A stretch of 64,000 bases of DNA from Euglena gracilis (GCA_039621445.1 CP154954.1:40851572-40915571), one strand, 5' to 3'; shown: positions 12,951 to 26,199, numbered from the stretch's first letter. The notes: a model not told the origin generated them from the sequence alone. Numbers and translations: made by a program.

Positions 12951-14440
12951 TCTCTTGGAGACCTTCGTGGCCCAGCAATAATTTCTGGTTTCCTGATTGG
13001 TAGGGTTGGGACTGGCCTGTGAATACTTGAAATGGATGGGGATGGTTTTCCCCATACCAGTGGTGGTGCCCTTCTTTAACTTCATTTTGCACAGCACAGG
13101 TTTTAACCAATCACACACGCAAATCAGCACAATCACAGAGGTTCGTGAGTCACAGTGTGTTTGTATCATGTTTTGTGCAAATCTGCTGTGTTTCTTTGTG
13201 CCAAAGATTCCGAGTTGGATTTTAATCTTGAACAAGATGTGGGATAATTCCTTTGCGACATCATATCCGCTGATGCAAAGAATCTGCAGCAGATTGACGG
13301 CATTTTCCTGCAGACTTTTCCTGGTTATTTGCCTGGCCCATCAACATTTTGTCCAGGAGTGGAAATCGCAGTTTACTGTTGGTTGTGAAACTTACTTTTA
13401 AGGGGGGGGGTGAATTTTCCACGAAATGTCAGAATCTAATACCCAAGAGACGTTCTTATGGACATACATGTTTGTGGCCCAGTGCATCATTCGGTTCCAC
13501 CACGAGTCTTGATGGTTTGAATCTTCAGGCTGGGACTGCTACGTACATTTCTCACAAAGTTTTTGTGTTTGATTCATTCATTTTTTGTGTTTGTTTTCAG
13601 TGTGGCTTCAGGTGGGCAGCCCAGTGTTTTTGGTGACTGAAAAATTTGAGGAAGAGAACCTCAACTTTACCACCGGTTGCCAAGTTGTGTCTTTTTGAGA
13701 GGCGCCAAGGAGGGGTACCGAGAGTGTTGTGTATTCTGGTAGGAATGAACACTCCTGTAGAAGCACGCTCAGAAGGGCCCAGGGTTCCGAATTTGTGTTA
13801 CGGTCGACCTGGGGATTTTTTTGTGACCAACCCACAGTTTTCAATTGATCAGTGACGAGGGGGAGAACATACACAGGGGTTGCTGTGTCCGCAACATCTC
13901 TTGTATAACCCCCAAGAAATGAAATCTCCTGGGAACAAAGTTGGGTGGTTGTGTTACTGAGTGCCCCAAAGAAATGACTCAGTTTTCAGTTTTCGGTTGT
14001 TTCTTGTCTCATACAGAGCTTTCAATACAGCCAAAAGGAAAGTTCCCAAAGGGGGAAAACCCAGGACTTGAGAAAGCACAGAAAACACGCGGAAAAGGTC
14101 AGTTGAACCCTTTTATTGTGCATTGGAGTGCGGTGCTGAATTTTTTATGAATCTGCGAGTCCTCACTGTTTATGACCAAAGACTGTGTTTTGTCGCTGAA
14201 CGTGTCTTTCTTGTTTTTGTTCTATGCTGTGCAGGTTTCACAAGTGCCAAGGAGTTCAAATGGAGGCATCAAACACGCCTGGGGTTCAAGATGACAACGT
14301 TGACATTGAACAACAACGAGACAACATTGAGCAGACATCTTTAACATTTTTTGAGTGCAGACATCGCTGTGGATTATCTGTGGATACATTATTTACAGTG
14401 GATACATTTTACACAAGTGCTGTGGAGTGAAGCTTAATGG

Positions 14441-14650
14441 CTGACCACACCCATGGGCAGATAGGGCGGCCTGGGACCAGAAATTTCGACCCTGATGACC
14501 AGGATGATCAAGCGCACAACCTCTTGGGACCAGGACGACATCCGCTCCACGCTCCAGGCCGAGTGCTACCAGCTGTTGGCGCTGGCTCTCGTCTGGCAGA
14601 TGGCGCAAATGCTGCGCCCGAAGAACATCGTGCGCTTAAACTGCTCAGCC
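14441..14650 (+). pseudogene. Possible C-terminal remnant of an RLE-type (CRE-like) non-LTR retrotransposon
   Basis: TPMGR*GGLGPEISTLMTRM...YQLLALALVWQMAQML loosely fits the GGLGxEA...QxLSxALxRxNA pattern of such C-termini. Confidence 0.3.
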
Positions 14651-16924
14651 TCCCCAGTCAACAACCAGACGAGGCACTCTCCCCACAGCCTCACCGGTGG
14701 ACCATGGTAACAGCTGCTGAAAGTCAAACCCGGAGTCTCGGACCGCTGCTGCATTTCCCCGATACCGATATTGTGATCAGCATTGATCACAATAAAACAT
14801 CCCCACCACTCGGTTACCCTGCCCGAGGGCAGCCATGCGCTCGGCCCATCTGTACTTTGCCACCCACCTCTCACGCGCGCTTCTCTGCACCTTGGGCCCC
14901 GGCCCTGCTGTACTTCTCTCCCTTGCCCGAGACACTCAAATCCAGTAGGCTGTGCCACTGGTCAGTGGATTCGGTTCGCCCACCACCGTTCCCATCGATC
15001 CCCGCTGACCACACCCAGCCTTGGGCAATGGCCCAATGCATGGTCAAGGCCAACGTGCCAGGCCCACAGGTTCGGCACAGAAACTGTGCTTTCCGCTTTC
15101 AGGTTTGGGTTGTTCAAAGCTGTGGTTTGCTGTTCTCTCTTCCTCGTGCAGTTAGTTGGGGCGGGGGGAGGATGTGCAAGCCATGGTTATTGTTGGTGAC
15201 TGACTGGTGGAATCAAAAATAACACAGTTGGAATTTTTTGACAGAATTTGGATACCCTGTGAGACGTTTGGGTAGGAGCTGGACTTCATCATTTAGTGAC
15301 TGTGACTGTTTTGGTCATACCCTGAAATGGATGAATTTTTAAACAGTTTTGATGAATTTTCCACTTTCCCTTTTCTTTTCGTGGAATCGGGATTCCGGTT
15401 TTGTAGCCAGGAGTTTTTAACCTGTGATCCTCCGGCACTGGATGACGTTCGGGATGGGGGTCAGTGTGAAGCCCATCCTTTGTGTATGGTGGTAGATTTC
15501 AGTTTCATTTCAGGGGATTTGGAAATTACGGCCCAGGTTTGTTTGTTTTTTTTTTGTTTGGAGGCCAAAGCCAGGTTTATGCCCCCCTGCCCTTTGCTGG
15601 GGGGGGGAATAACCTGGGCTGGAAAAATTGGATTTGAATTTTCGGCATTTTTAAGTTTGCCATGTTGTTCGACCCTCATGGCCCCGTGTGACTGGTGGGG
15701 GGCAGTTAATTTAAATTGGCCAGCCGGACTGGTTGATTTTTTTTGGCATCGGTGTTCGGTTGAGCCCAGGGTTGGGCTTGGATGACCTGGCCCATATGCA
15801 ACGGTATGCTGCTGGATTTTGTTTTTGTTGGTTTGATTGTTCTCGGTTGGACTTTGTTTGTTGGATGTGGCAGGTTGGAATTCTCGATTGGATTTTGTCG
15901 AGGGCTTTTGTGGGCCCTGGACTTGTTGGCTGGATTGTGAATTTTTGAGGATTTTTGTTGCTGGATAATTTTTATTCAAAGAGTTGCAAAAAACCTGGGA
16001 TTTTTATAATTTCCAAGGGGATGGAAAAAGCTTTGGATTTTGGATTCTCTGTTTTTTTAGATTCGGTTTGGATTGTGACTGTTTATCAAAGGCATTTCTT
16101 TCCCATGGAACACAGCTTAGAGACATCCGAACTCAGGGGGGAGGGGGCTGCACTGGATATGACCCCTCCTCCGTCCACAGGCCCTCGTGGGCACTGAAGA
16201 CCTGTGATATGGTTGCCGCGGGCCAATGTGAAGCCCTGTTTTCTTTGGGAATAAAAAATCCACCAGGCATGACAAGGAAGTGAGTGTGCATACGGATAAA
16301 ACACACCTGCACATGCACACGAACCCCTACACCCACTGTACACTATTCCATATAACCGCCTTACCCTCGCACCCTCACAGTCTTCGCCGTGTGCCTTTAT
16401 TCTCACCGAACTGCCCCAAATTGGGAAGGAATGCCTCGGTTTCCATTTTTCCACAAGAAATCTCTTTCTGAGGCACTGTTTGTCAAAGTCCCTGATTTTT
16501 TTGAAAACATCGAAATCGAATGAAGTCTCACACATGAATGCTGCCGAAAAAAAGAAAGCATTTTCACCAAGGGGTAGCGTGGGACTTAGGCCGTGTGGTT
16601 GAGTGCCCAGAGGTGGTTTTTTTCAGATTTTTTTTCAGACTTTGTGTTCAAAGACCCGTTCCCCATGGTGTCAGAGGACTGGGGGGGGGGGGGGGGCTGT
16701 TCCCGTGGACCTGATTTTTCAGAGTCCCTCCAGGTTCCGGATCTTATGGAAGGGGGGGGGAGTGTCTGACTCATAACACCGAAAGAAAAAAAATGCGACA
16801 AGACCCGTTTCAAAAAAAAATCAGAATTTTCGCCCCAACAAAAAACAACAACAAATTTTCTCTCGCAATTTTATTCGGGGACGGGGGGGGGCAGAAAAAC
16901 GTGTCCGACAAAAAGTCTCAAGGA

Positions 16925-17315
16925 AGGGGGTGTCGGCTGCCGCTGGCGGCGGCAGCCAAAAATGAACAAAAAAATACTGAAATCCCCCCGGTAGGAACCA
17001 GCAAGAACCAGTCAAAAAACCCGCACAAGGAATTTGAACCCCAGGGAATCCCAGACGGACAGTCATTCGAGAATTGTGGAAAGATTTGAAGAAAGACATA
17101 AGGAATTGGGAATTTAAAAGAATTGACAATTGCAAAGAAACCAAGGCATTGCTTTCCACCTTTTTTTCCAACAAACAAACAGCTAACCTGAACCAAATGT
17201 ACTCGCCCACCGCATAGCAGGTTTGTTTGTGCCTTGCTGTTTGCTACGAAGTAGGTTGGTTGGTTTTGTATTTGTCCACCTATTTGCTCTGGAAGTTGGT
17301 AAATGGAAAAACACA
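16925..17315. repeat. Dispersed repeat, copy 2
   Basis: Homologous to 11150-11545. Confidence 0.85.
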
Positions 17316-17319
17316 AAAA

Positions 17320-19090
17320 AGGTGGCAAGAAAATGTTTTGCCTCCTCTGGGTGGATTTGCCTGGTTGCCCCGGCACACTCGTATTCCCTCAGAATGTTCT
17401 GGGCAGTCCTTATTTCTTGGGGAGTTTTGAAGGGAATTTTTAAGTACATCTGAGGGGTAGGGGAAGGTCTGCCATAACCCCCTCCCTTATCAGGTTTAAT
17501 ACCTCTCTGCTGGCTCCTGCTTTGACCCAATAGGAAATGCTGGCCTGCAGGGCCTTGTAAGCGGGCACCCCTGGGTGTAATGTGTCTGTGGATTACATAG
17601 GCCCCATCACTGGGGTCCTTCACCTGGTTGCCCCAACACTGGGGCCACCTCTGGCTGCCCCATCACTGGGGCTACAGCTGGCCCTCCCATATGGCTTCCC
17701 AAAGACAGGCTTTCCCCCTGTTTTCGAATGATGGGGGAAGGTCTGTGTCTGCAGTGGGGAGGTACATAAAATGCTGGGCTGATTATCTTCTGGGGGGAGG
17801 GCTGTCTGAGCCAATCTTGGGCCTCCCCCCCCCAAGGGCTGTGTGGATGGTCTTGAATGTATTGGTATGTATTGGCCTTTTGGGCCATATGGCCTCCACT
17901 GGCCCTCAGGACTGCCTGGTCTCCATTGGCATTCTCCCCAGGACTTCTCTTGTCTCTTCTCTGTCCCCTGTCCTGGCATGGGCTTGCTGCCCCTGGGGAG
18001 TTTGTTTTTGACGGTGCTGGAGGGAAAGTTGGACAAACCTTTCCCGAATGGGATCTTTCAAGATTGGGATACTGGCTGTCATAGCCTTGTCCCTGGGCCC
18101 ACTGCCCTCTTAAAAGATGGCTGCCATAGCCTTGCCCCTGGGCCCACTGCCCTCTTGAATGATGCCTGCCATAGCCTTGAATCTGGGCCACAGGCCCTGT
18201 TGAATAATGGCTTCCATAGCCTTGATTTTGACTTGAATCCCTTGAATTTTTGATTTTTCTTGAAAGGCTGCCATAGCCCTTGCTTTGTCCCGTGGAAGGA
18301 GGGGAGCAGAGAAAAGGGGGTGGAGTCTGTTGGACCTGTGGTGAAACTCCCTTTCTGTCTTCTTGCCTTCCTGACCACATTTTTCCATGGTCCATGTCTA
18401 TCATCATGTTGAGTGGGGGTATTTCGAAGTATTTGATGTGGCGGTTGGTGGGGGGGTTGCGATGGCCACGGACTGATGTGCTGCTGCCGCCTCTCCAGCT
18501 TCTTCAGCTGCTGCTGTGTCACCACCTTCCCCAGATTCTGCTGCCCTCTGGGAAGTTCTTCGAAGTTCTTCTGGGCAGTCTGAAGTTCTTTGAAATTCAT
18601 TATTCATGGAAGTCCAGATGTTGGTATTTGTCTTAGGAATTGCAATACTTCTGGGAATAATTCCATTTGAACTCGAAGAGGTGAATTCTTCGTCCAAGAA
18701 GTTGAAGGTCAGACAAAAGTTCGGTCCACCAGTTGACGAAAGTGATGGTCTTCGTGAACGGAAATACTCGCAAAATAATTCCAGTTGAACCGCTAGAAGT
18801 AAAATTATTTCTCCTTGAGGTCGAAGGGCAGAATTAGGAATCAGCCAACTCCGGCAACAAAAAGCAGTAAGAAGCACATCCCGCGCACGCACAAACACAC
18901 CAGAACAGAGCAGCCGGCAACGAAAGCAGGACCCCGCCATCCAGCAGTGTGGAGCCCGAATGGTCAGCAGAACAAGGCGGTGCGCGGAACAGCACGGTCT
19001 TGTTCGTCTTCATCGCCATCTTCGCCTTGCGCTTGGAGCGGCGCAAATACTCCCGAAAGGCACTCGGGGCCGTCGAGATCATGCCTGAAG
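17320..19090 (-). mobile_element. 5' fragment of a DIRS-like element (terminal motif, gag-like region, start of RT)
   Basis: Terminal motif gtcctgctt..tgccggctg..ggtgtg..ttcttact..ttgttgccggagttgg shared with ~33285 and ~56750; AQNILREYECAGATRQIHPEEAKHFLATFFV resembles a DIRS RT N-terminus; 45-bp tandem units at ~18075-18285. Confidence 0.5.
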
Positions 19091-19092
19091 GC

Positions 19093-19800
19093 CGTGAGTC
19101 AGGGGTGCTGAGTGCCCTTGTTAGTTAGCTAACCACACGCGCTAACCTTAAAAGTAAACCCAGGCGCCAACAGAACTAACCAGGTGACGTGACCCAACCA
19201 GGGGCCTACAGTTTCTATGATGAAACAATTAGGAAAATACCCTCCTAACGGAATATTAACCTCTGGCCACATTTTAACCACTGACTTTGCAACCCGTTCC
19301 ACAGGGATCTGTCACTACCCTGTCATTACTCAATCTGATTATCCATTTGCCATTGGCATATTTGGTTGAAGTTTCAAGTCAATTCAAGTTTGTCACGAAT
19401 TCATTGAAGTGGAAGTTGATTATCTGTTCAAGTATTGGTCTTGTAGTCTGAAGTGACGTCTGAAGCAGGAATTGTTGCTGCCGGTGTGCCTAAGAAGTTT
19501 CCCCTGTTCGCTGGCATCGAAGACTGCTCACTGACCACGACCTGCAATTTGAAGGCATTTCGCTGCTTTGAGCAATACCTACAGGTGTCTCCTACCCGAT
19601 TCGTGACCCTCCAAGGACCCACCACACCAACCCCAAAAAGGAAAAAGGTCTTTTCAAACCACAGGAAATGAAACAATTTTTAACAAGGGCCGCGCGGGGA
19701 ATTGAAATTCAACTGGGCAGGGTGATCGATCCTACGCTGGGACAGGGAAACCCCATGGACCTGGAACAAGCGGAGCAGCAAAAGGGGGTTATCCCGTACA
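19093..19800 (+). repeat. 5' LTR
   Basis: (C)GTGAGTC...CCCGTACA; about 26 substitutions and 1 indel versus the 3' LTR by manual count (~96% identity). Confidence 0.95.
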
Positions 19801-19802
19801 AA

Positions 19803-19814
19803 TGGTAGCAGAGG
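19803..19814 (+). promoter_or_regulatory. Primer binding site complementary to the 3' end of initiator tRNA-Met
   Basis: TGGTAGCAGAGG 2 nt after the LTR-terminal CA; complement of CCUCUGCUACCA. Confidence 0.9.
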
Positions 19815-19899
19815 GTTTTTGCCCATTTTCAGTTCCCCCGAAGGCGGCTGGACTGAACAACAGGAAAATACCACAGAACCACAGGCATCTGTCTCATCA

Positions 19900-22800
19900 G
19901 CCGTCGCTAGGTCGGCTGGTTCAGAGGCAGATGTCCATTTCAATGACCCAGCAACAGGAATCACAATGACAGAATTCACAATGACCGCCCCACAAAACTT
20001 GCAATGGAACCAGGAACCTGAACAATGGAAATACGACACAGAAACGACCACAGACATGGCCAGGACCCTGGGGTGCGACATCGACATTGCACAATTGTCG
20101 CAGATGACAATTGCAATGGTCGAAATGGAACAGGGTGGGGAACAGAACCCCAGGACACAGATTCAAGAGGAAACAGGACAACACAGTTCACGGACACCTA
20201 AGACGACGAACTGGGAGACATCTATCAAGACACACAGCCGCTGCAGCTGACATACCACCCAGAACCCAGAACGGACACTCATAACCAACTGTTGAGTCTG
20301 GAAGAGGCAAGGCAGAGCCCGAACGAAGACCGCTTCCAGGTCAACGGTGCAGGGGTGGATGAACCTGAGGCGGAATCAGAACATTACGACTGGTTCGCCG
20401 ACACAAACTGGTGGTCCAGTTTCGTACAAAACATGACGGAATTCCAGCATGATTTCCAAACTTTCAGGCGCGCCACTGAGTTTGTGAACCAGAAAACCAC
20501 AGAGGTGATTCAACGACTTCAAAACACCACGGAACTGCAGTAAAACGCTTGGAACAGCAGCTGATTACTCAGGGGGAACGGACAGAAGGGTTGGTGTGGC
20601 GAACAGAAGGCGGGTATGAAGAGCTGTCACAAACCTGGCCACGGTAACTGAAAACTTGGAGGTGATGGTGACAAATCAAAACAGACTGTACTGGGACACT
20701 TTGAGAACCTGGGAAAACAGATTCGGGACATGAAGGGGATGGCTGGGCTGCTGGACGAAAAAATAAACGGGTTCCAGGGTTTGCTGTAAGTGGCAGGGGG
20801 AAGCACACAGACCCAGGGGCAACACCTCATAGGGTTACTCGGCCAGCAGAAACGAAACGAGCAGGTGCTACAAGAACTGCAGATGCGGATGCAGGGGGTC
20901 GAGCAGACAATGGCTGGGTTGGCTGAAAGTCAACGGGAGGTGAAAATCACGGGGGACAGAAACAGAACGTCAGGTTGGGACTTTGGCAGGCAACTGTGAC
21001 GAGACGCTGAAAGAACTGAACCACAGGGTTCAACAAACACAAGAACATTTTAACAAGGCAGTTAAAGGCCTGAACGCAAGGGTAGAACAACTGTCCGAGG
21101 GAAAACACGACCAAACATTGGATCAGCGGATGATCACACTTTCACAGGAAATGACCACTTTGACAAGACGTTTGGACACCCTGGCCTCAAACGACGAAAA
21201 CAAAAGAAGATTTGACCGCCTGAACCAGGAAATGACTGGGCTGGGACACAAAGTGGAGGAATCGGCCCAGACCTTCAGGAGGGTACTGGGGTAATTCCAA
21301 AAGTGGGTTTTCAAGACTGGGTCGCAGGAAGCCAGTGACCCGGCCAGGAGGATCGACATGTCATCCACACTGGGACAGAGGGTAAACAAGGTGGGACGGT
21401 TGGAGGCACAGCTGACAGACCTGGCCACACGAACAACACTGAAAGAAATGCAAGACTCTGGAATTTGGCAGCAGCAGTGTATATCGCTGACTGCCGAGTT
21501 CCACAGTCAGAACCAACTGTGGCAAACGAAATGGAAGACCACTGAAAAAAGATTAAATGAAGTGACTGAAATGACGCAAAAAGCAAAAGAAAAATTTGAA
21601 AAACAGTCACATTCATTCTCAGCAGCCTCTGGCCTTCCCAGCGACCAGCGCCAACAGGGGACGGGGAAAACCCCAGAAACCCCAGCCCCTGGGCCAGTGG
21701 GCCAGATGTCCAGACGGATAACGGAACCACCAAACGGGAAGGGGCAAACCCAAGAACCCCAGCCAGCTGCTGCAGCAAGGCAGAGAAGCCCAGGCCCAGC
21801 CACAGCCACCACGGGGCAGGGGCTGGCATCTGGGCCCCATCCGGAGGCTTGGGCAGAACTGATGGGGTTGGGGGGACCCCAGCCAGCGGCCCCAGCCCCA
21901 CAGCCAGCTGCCTCGGCCCCACAGCCAGTGACCCCAACGTCTGGGTCCGAGGGAGGGGACCCGAGGACCCCATGGACAGCTCCGGGGGGGGCCCCGAGGA
22001 CCCCAAGGACCCGTGCCAGGTGTGAGTTTGGACCTCCCCGACCTAAAAACCCTAATGGTGCAAACGGTGCAAGAAGAATTAAAAAAACTTTGAATCCGAC
22101 AGCCCCCCCCCCCCCATCTCAAAGACCCAACCCCCCAAGTCCCCACATGTGTTTGAACTTTCAGCCGACGCCCAACCTTTTCAACCCCGACCTAAACCGA
22201 CAGACCCAATGCTGGAACACCAGCAGCGATTGGAGAGGGAACTGTTGGAAATCAAAACGGTGATGCAACATCAGAGTCAGCAACGGGAAAACACAGGTCC
22301 AGCCAAATATCACAGCCGCGAACGCGGCATCTGTTCACATGGGTGACAGAAGAAAACCCAGGGCCAGAAAACACAGCAGGTCCCCAAATCGGCAGCACAT
22401 ACACACCCATTTTTCATGTGGGGGCAGAAACGGTTGTCGCCCCAGTGGCAGCACAGGCCGCCCCCTCCATTGGGCTGCTGATGGGACCAGCGGGTGCAGC
22501 CATGACAAAAGACCTGGTCAGACAACTCGTACAAGGAAATTTTGCGGATTTTTCTGTGAAATTTCCCATCTACCTAAACCGTTTGTCCGCCGGGCAGGGA
22601 CCCCTCACAGATCACATGAAATTAACAATTTTGGAGGGAAGCCTTGACGACACGGGCCAGATGGAGCTCCAGCGACGACAGGAACGGGGAGAAAAAATCA
22701 GGTATCAAGAATTTTGAAATTGGCTCTGTCAAAAGTACGAAGGGTACACCCAGCTCGCAATAAAGGAGGAGCTGAAAAACCTGAAACCCAGGTGTGATTG

Positions 22801-23866
22801 AAAACTGACTCTGGGTGCATGGAGGGAGTTTGAAGCACGCTTCAAACTGCTCTACAGTCGGTTGGAACACCCCTCCACAGACGATGCATATGCATTGGTC
22901 GCTGAACGGATGCCTGAAATGTTGCGCAGAAACTGCATTCGTGAACTAGACAGGAGGAACCAAGACAGACCCACCCTGAAAATGAAGGGGCTGACAGACG
23001 TACCTGGGATCCCAGACGCAACCAGGGAAGACGTAACAAGACTGGTGGCAGCCACACTTGGAGCTGACGAAAGGTTCCTCGTGACAGCCGACGGAACTGA
23101 TTTCATCATCACCCTGAACGGCAGCAGGGCGTCCCAGCTGCTGATGATGAAAAACGGCACAGCCCTGGCTTCAGGACACCAACCCAGATTCACAGTGGTA
23201 CAAAGAAAGCTGTCCCTGGAAGAGATGTTTGCAAGGTTGGAAACAGAACTGAGGTGTCAGGAACAATCTGACACGTTCGCAAAGAATTTCAGGGGATGGC
23301 AGAACCGGCCACTGGAACATCGATCAAGATCCAAGGACAAAAGGGGGTATGTCCGGGAGGTGAAAGTAAACAATTATTCTCGACCCAGAAGTAAAACGCC
23401 CCCACCTGCCCTTTCCCGTTCGAATTCACCAAAACCCAGACCACCCACTCCGGAAAAGGAGAGGCAGCCTTCGGGTGCCCCACAACCCCAGCCCCCAGCC
23501 CCCTACAATCAGGGACAGAGTCAAAATCAGGGCCAAAATTGGGCAGGCTGGACCACTGTGGATTACAGCAAGGAGAAAGGAAAAAGCAAGGGACAGGGTT
23601 CGTATCCTGACCAAGGCAAGGGAAAAGGGTCTGGGAAGGGGAGCGGGAAGGGAAATTCAGGAAAAGGTCAACCGTCCTGGCAGTCGACACAGAACTCTGG
23701 GACAGCCGGACATCCCAGATACGTACCACCTCCAGATGAAGGACGGTTTTACAACTGTGAACAGCCGGGACATTTCAAATGGGAGTGTCCACAGCCACCG
23801 CGGTGGACACAGAAAACGGCAGCACCACAGACTGGACAGAAGGTTGCTGCCCAGGGGCAGAAGTGA
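19900..23866 (+). pseudogene. gag: gag (long coiled-coil N-terminus, capsid-like region, degenerate CCHC zinc knuckle), broken by stops and frameshifts
   Basis: ORFs 20983, 21358, 22343 and 22862; FYNCEQPGHFKWEC fits CX2CX4HX4C with the first Cys lost. Confidence 0.8.
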
Positions 23867-24079
23867 AGTAGCGGAAGGAGGGAGGGGACGAGAGGGGCGA
23901 CTCTCTGGGTAAACAAACCGAACACAGGGACAGAAAGGATCCATTACCGGAGCAGAAACAGCGAACGGAGGGAGGTAAGGGATCCAGGGGTTCATACCAG
24001 AAAACACAAAACAGACAAGGACAAAACACAAAGACTCTGGTGCCACGGGAGGAGGCTAGCTGCAGGTTTGCGCGGGCAG

Positions 24080-24510
24080 CCTCCCGTTGGATCACCAACC
24101 AGTACTAAGTGCAGACCAGTTTTGTGAAAAAATCATCTCACATTTCGGTTTGCAACCACAGGTGGATGCTTTCGCCACAGAACAGGACAAGCGGTTCCCG
24201 CGTTCGTGGGCACCAGACATCCCACAGAACACAGATGCCTTCCAAAAAGATTGGCAGGGCTGCCTCCTGTGGTTCAACCCACCGTTCGACAAAATACCAG
24301 AGGTGATCAAAAAAATTCAGACAGACCAGGCCCACGCGGTTTTGGTGGTACCTCAGTGAAAACACCCAGTTTGGTACCCACAGGCCAGAAAGCTGGCCCT
24401 CATGTTCATGACTTTTCCGGCAAAAATCAAATTTTTTTGGCAGGGTCGGCAAGGGTTGCAGGGAAACACAGTGGCCAGTGGAGGTGCTGCTGGTGTGTGG
24501 GCACACGGAA
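24080..24510 (+). pseudogene. Dam-like DNA N6-adenine methyltransferase domain
   Basis: VDAFAT, DAFQKDW, LWFNPPF, VLVVPQ*KHPVWYP and QWPVEVLLV; same motif series as the DIRS MTase at 60740-61190. Confidence 0.85.
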
Positions 24511-24699
24511 CGCTGTGATTACCTGAAGGGCTTCCACCAGCACATGACCCCCCCACACCCAACGTCCAAGGTCAACTTCGGGTCAGTGCAATATGTTCCA
24601 CCTTTGGAGACAGGGGAGGGGTGTGATGAACACCAGCCACTGGGGAAAACAGACCTGCCGGGGAAAAACGTTTTGGACCGTTCGGCAGAACTGAAACTG

Positions 24700-25290
24700 A
24701 AAATGCTGGACCTTTTCTGCGGAACCAAGTCGGTCAGCCGAACATATTAAAAAATGGGGTTTCAGGTGGTGACGGTGGACCTGGACCTCAAGTGGCAGGC
24801 AGATTTTCAGGTGGATGTCTTGACGCTGGACTACAAATAAGTTCCAAAACCTGATGAATTCCACACGGTGGTCTGTGGAGTTCCCCACACGGAATTCAGC
24901 CTGGCACTCACAACCAGACCATGACAAATGGAGAAATGGGACGCATTGGCCAAAAAGGCGCTGGAGATCGTGAAGTTTCTGGACCGCAGAAATGGTGGCT
25001 GGGAAATCCCAGACATGGGTACCTCAGACACAGGTAGTACATGAAATCATATCCATTTGTGGATGTGGATTATTGTCAATACTCCGACTGGTGGTACAAA
25101 AAGCCAACACGAATCTGGGGCAGCCCAGATATCCTGCAAGTGCAGGGAAAGCTGTGTGACGGGAGAACGTGTCCCAACCTGATCCCAGGACAGAAGGGTC
25201 ACCGGGTGAAAATCTCCAACACGACGAGTATTTCCAGAAACAAAAAGTATCGAATTCCAGAAAAACTGATCCCAGATTTGGCTGGTTGGA
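24700..25290 (+). pseudogene. C5-cytosine DNA methyltransferase domain (compact type)
   Basis: MLDLFCGTKSV (motif I), VVTVDLD, VDVLTLDY, GVPHTEFS (decayed PPCTEYS, motif IV), WWLGNP (decayed ENP, motif VI), VDYCQY..YKKPTRIW (motif VIII); four stops and one frameshift. Confidence 0.8.
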
Positions 25291-25479
25291 AAGATGAACA
25301 AACCAAACGGGAGCCTGCGGCACAGCCAAAAATCCCACGGAGGCACCATGAAAACGTTCACCTGCCAAAACCGTTGTTTGGGCCAGAATCGGAACGACGG
25401 TTGGGAGAGGTTATGAAACGGGGGAAGTCCAAGCAACTTCTGACTGGCATTCGTGCGGTCTGCCCGAATGGTGAAACGG

Positions 25480-25790
25480 TGGACATGAAAGCCCTCGTGG
25501 ACACAGGGGCCCAACCCAACCTGATCAGAAAAGACCTTCTACCCCCAGGAGCCTTCACGGTGTAAAACCACCACTTGGCCCTCGTCACTGCCGACGGCAC
25601 ACGGATGGGGGGAAGGTTGCATGAAACGACACTGACACTGAAATTCACGGCCCAGATTTTCAACCAGGACAAAACAAGGGAATGGACAACCACAGGGACC
25701 TTCCACGACGCGTCAATCCAAGTGGATGCCATTTTGGGGTATCCCCGGATGGAGCAACACCACTTAGGGGTTTTTCCACACCTACATTAA
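25480..25790 (+). pseudogene. Aspartic protease
   Basis: MKALVDTGAQPNLI and VDAILGYP. Confidence 0.85.
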
Positions 25791-26199
25791 TGGCCCTGAT
25801 AGGGAAACCGTTGCTCCTGCTGACAAGTTGGAAGGGAGTCGAGGGACGGGAACAGTATGACAGAAAATTTGGAAGAAAATCAGCAAGGTGCGGGCTATGA
25901 ACCTGCAGGTGCCTGCGGAAGCAGGTGAAACGGAAGAAATTTCGTTTGAATACGAAACAGTTTTGAAAAATCTGGAAACCAGAAAACGCAAAGCCCGACA
26001 GGGGGTCCAGGGGGTGATAGCCGTGCCTGAAGGGCAGGCTGTGGACGGAGACGGGGTGACAGATTTGGTCGCAAAGCTGCGCAAAGACTGCGAGGGAGTG
26101 GTGTTGAGGGACAAGATCTACCCAAACCCCCCTGAACGTGGTCCACTAGGCTTCGGGAAAAAAGAACTCAAGCCTGGGACTGTGGCAAAAAACAAAGAC

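Noticed and set aside
24080-25290. Bacterial restriction-modification locus or contamination
   Set aside because: The MTase domains are in frame with the retroviral protease, lie between paired LTRs, and have no endonuclease partner
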